Shown piece after piece: positions 62,569-64,000 of a stretch of DNA of 64,000 nucleotides. The position numbers and the translations under genes are program-made. The notes under the pieces were generated by a model, which was not told the DNA's origin, ran no database searches, and saw only the letters and a list, made by a program, of their open reading frames with translations. Numbering within the stretch: the stretch's first letter is position 1; each line of letters begins with the position of its first letter. This DNA is from Actinomycetota bacterium (lineage in GTDB: Bacteria; Actinomycetota; Coriobacteriia; Anaerosomatales; PHET01): NCBI GenBank assembly GCA_029265315.1, contig JAJUJM010000006.1, positions 43,531-107,530 on the forward strand, read 5' to 3'.

Positions 62569-63527
62569 GGGCGCTGGGCACGCGCGAGCACGTGCTGACG
62601 GCCTTGCGCGATGCGGGGCAGGCGGGCATCAGCGGCGAGCGGCTCGCTCGCCTGCTCGGGATCAGTCGGGTCGCGGTGGGCAAGCACGTCGCGGCACTGC
62701 GTGAGCTGGGTTACCGCATCGACGCTTCACCCGGTTCGGGATACACACTCGTGTCCTCGCCGGATATCGCGTACCCATGGGACGTCGCTCCGCTGGTCCG
62801 GCACGCGTTGTGGTGTTCGTTTGTGGGCGATGCGGAGATGCCGTCGACCAACGATGCCGCTCGCGAGCTCGCTCGAGAAGGCGCCAAGGAGGGTACCGTG
62901 GTGGTCGCGGGCCGGCAGACGGCCGGCCGCGGCCGATTGGGCCGTTCGTGGGTCTCACCAGAGGGCGGCGCCTACGTCTCGGTCATCCTGCGCCCCCCGG
63001 TGGCCTTGGCGGAGGTGGGATCACTCGCCCTGGTCGTGGGCCTGGGAATCGCACAGGGCCTCGAGGGCTTCGGCCTGAAACCCCGGCTCAAATGGCCGAA
63101 CGACGTGTGGCTCTCAGGCGGCAAGGTGGCCGGAGTACTGCTCGAGATGACCGCCGAGTCCGACCGGGTGGACTGGGTGGTCGCCGGTTTCGGGCTCAAC
63201 GTCGTGCGCAGGGACGCCGCGCCGCTCACGGCGGCCTTCGTACATGATGTGGACGCGTCGATCAGTGTGGCCGCTGCCGCAGCCGCAGCGTTGGATGGGA
63301 TCGCGGAGGCGTACGGCGTGTGGCTCGACGCGGGATTCGCCGCCCTCGTCCAGGAGTACAACGCCCGTGACCTGCTCGCTGGTCGACGTGTGGTGGTGAG
63401 CGACGCCACGGGGACGGTGCGTGTCCAAGGTGTCGCGCGAGGCATCGACCATGAGGGATGTCTGCTCGTCGAGGGCAAGGCGGGAACAGAGGCCGTCAGC
63501 TCCGGAGAAGTGACACTGCGTACTTGA
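62565..63527 (+). CDS. birA: Bifunctional biotin ligase/repressor
   Basis: N-terminal wHTH (SGE.LA..LGISRVAV.KH), STN, QTAGRGR, KWPND, KVAGVL. Confidence 0.95.
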   Translation: MRALGTREHVLTALRDAGQAGISGERLARLLGISRVAVGKHVAALRELGYRIDASPGSGYTLVSSPDIAYPWDVAPLVRHALWCSFVGDAEMPSTNDAARELAREGAKEGTVVVAGRQTAGRGRLGRSWVSPEGGAYVSVILRPPVALAEVGSLALVVGLGIAQGLEGFGLKPRLKWPNDVWLSGGKVAGVLLEMTAESDRVDWVVAGFGLNVVRRDAAPLTAAFVHDVDASISVAAAAAAALDGIAEAYGVWLDAGFAALVQEYNARDLLAGRRVVVSDATGTVRVQGVARGIDHEGCLLVEGKAGTEAVSSGEVTLRT

Positions 63528-63548
63528 CGCCCTGCCGTCCACCGCATA

Positions 63549-63580
63549 CCGTAAACATGCACTTGTCAATCGGTTTACGG
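63549..63580. promoter_or_regulatory. BirA operator upstream of bioY
   Basis: CCGTAAAC-N16-GTTTACGG inverted repeat matching GTAAAC-N14/16-GTTTAC, between birA and bioY. Confidence 0.85.
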
Positions 63581-63591
63581 AACGGCGGTCC

Positions 63592-64000
63592 ATGGATATC
63601 ACCTCGACGGCTTCCCCGAACGTCTCGCGTACCCGCGAGCTCGTCACAGCGGCGCTCACCGCCGCCTTGTTGTGCGCTTCCGCGTACGTCACGGTCCCGC
63701 TGCAGCCGGTCCCCATGACGCTTCAGGTGTTCTTCGTCGTGCTCGCCGGCCTCCTTCTTGCGGCGCCATGGGCATCTGCCGCGATGGCGGTCTACCTGCT
63801 CCTGGGAGCGGCGGGCCTGCCCGTGTTCTCGGGAGCGAAAGGCGGCTTGGGGGTCATCGCCGGCCCCACGGGCGGCTACCTCATCGGCTTCCTGCTCGCC
63901 GCTCCCGTCGCGTCGCTCGTGCGCGAGGCGCTCGTGCGCACGCAGACGCGGCCCATTCTCGCGGACGGAGTCGCTGCCGCGTTCGCCATCCTCGTCGTCT
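63592..64000 (+). CDS. bioY: Biotin transporter BioY (partial, runs off the window)
   Basis: PLQPVPMTLQV, YLLLGAAGLPVFSG, GPTGGYLIGF. Confidence 0.92.
   Translation, partial: MDITSTASPNVSRTRELVTAALTAALLCASAYVTVPLQPVPMTLQVFFVVLAGLLLAAPWASAAMAVYLLLGAAGLPVFSGAKGGLGVIAGPTGGYLIGFLLAAPVASLVREALVRTQTRPILADGVAAAFAILVV

Overview
Gene-dense, very GC-rich bacterial chromosome segment. Gene content and order (tilS-hpt-ftsH-folE-folP-folK-panB-panC-nadABC-birA-bioY, futalosine menaquinone genes, a multiheme cytochrome, actinobacterial-style promoters) point to an anaerobic actinobacterium, most plausibly Coriobacteriia; this taxonomy is inference only. The main feature is a ~13.4 kb Mo-nitrogenase island (nifH-D-K-EN fusion-X-I1-I2-fdx, nifB-modABC, convergent nifA) that sits inside what looks like a futalosine (mqn) operon. 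It has two sigma54 (-24/-12) promoters that share a near-identical 17-bp box and a non-canonical ACA-N4-TGT-type palindrome at essentially the same spacings. The window also has an octaheme NrfA-type nitrite reductase with a CX4CH motif and a large insert, a glutaredoxin plus ferredoxin:thioredoxin-reductase/Rieske fusion, a cobalamin riboswitch with btuFCD, cysK-cymR, livKHMGF, an osmoprotectant ABC transporter and a BirA operator. No rRNA, tRNA, CRISPR array, integrase or transposase was recognised. Product calls come from motifs read by eye, with no database search.
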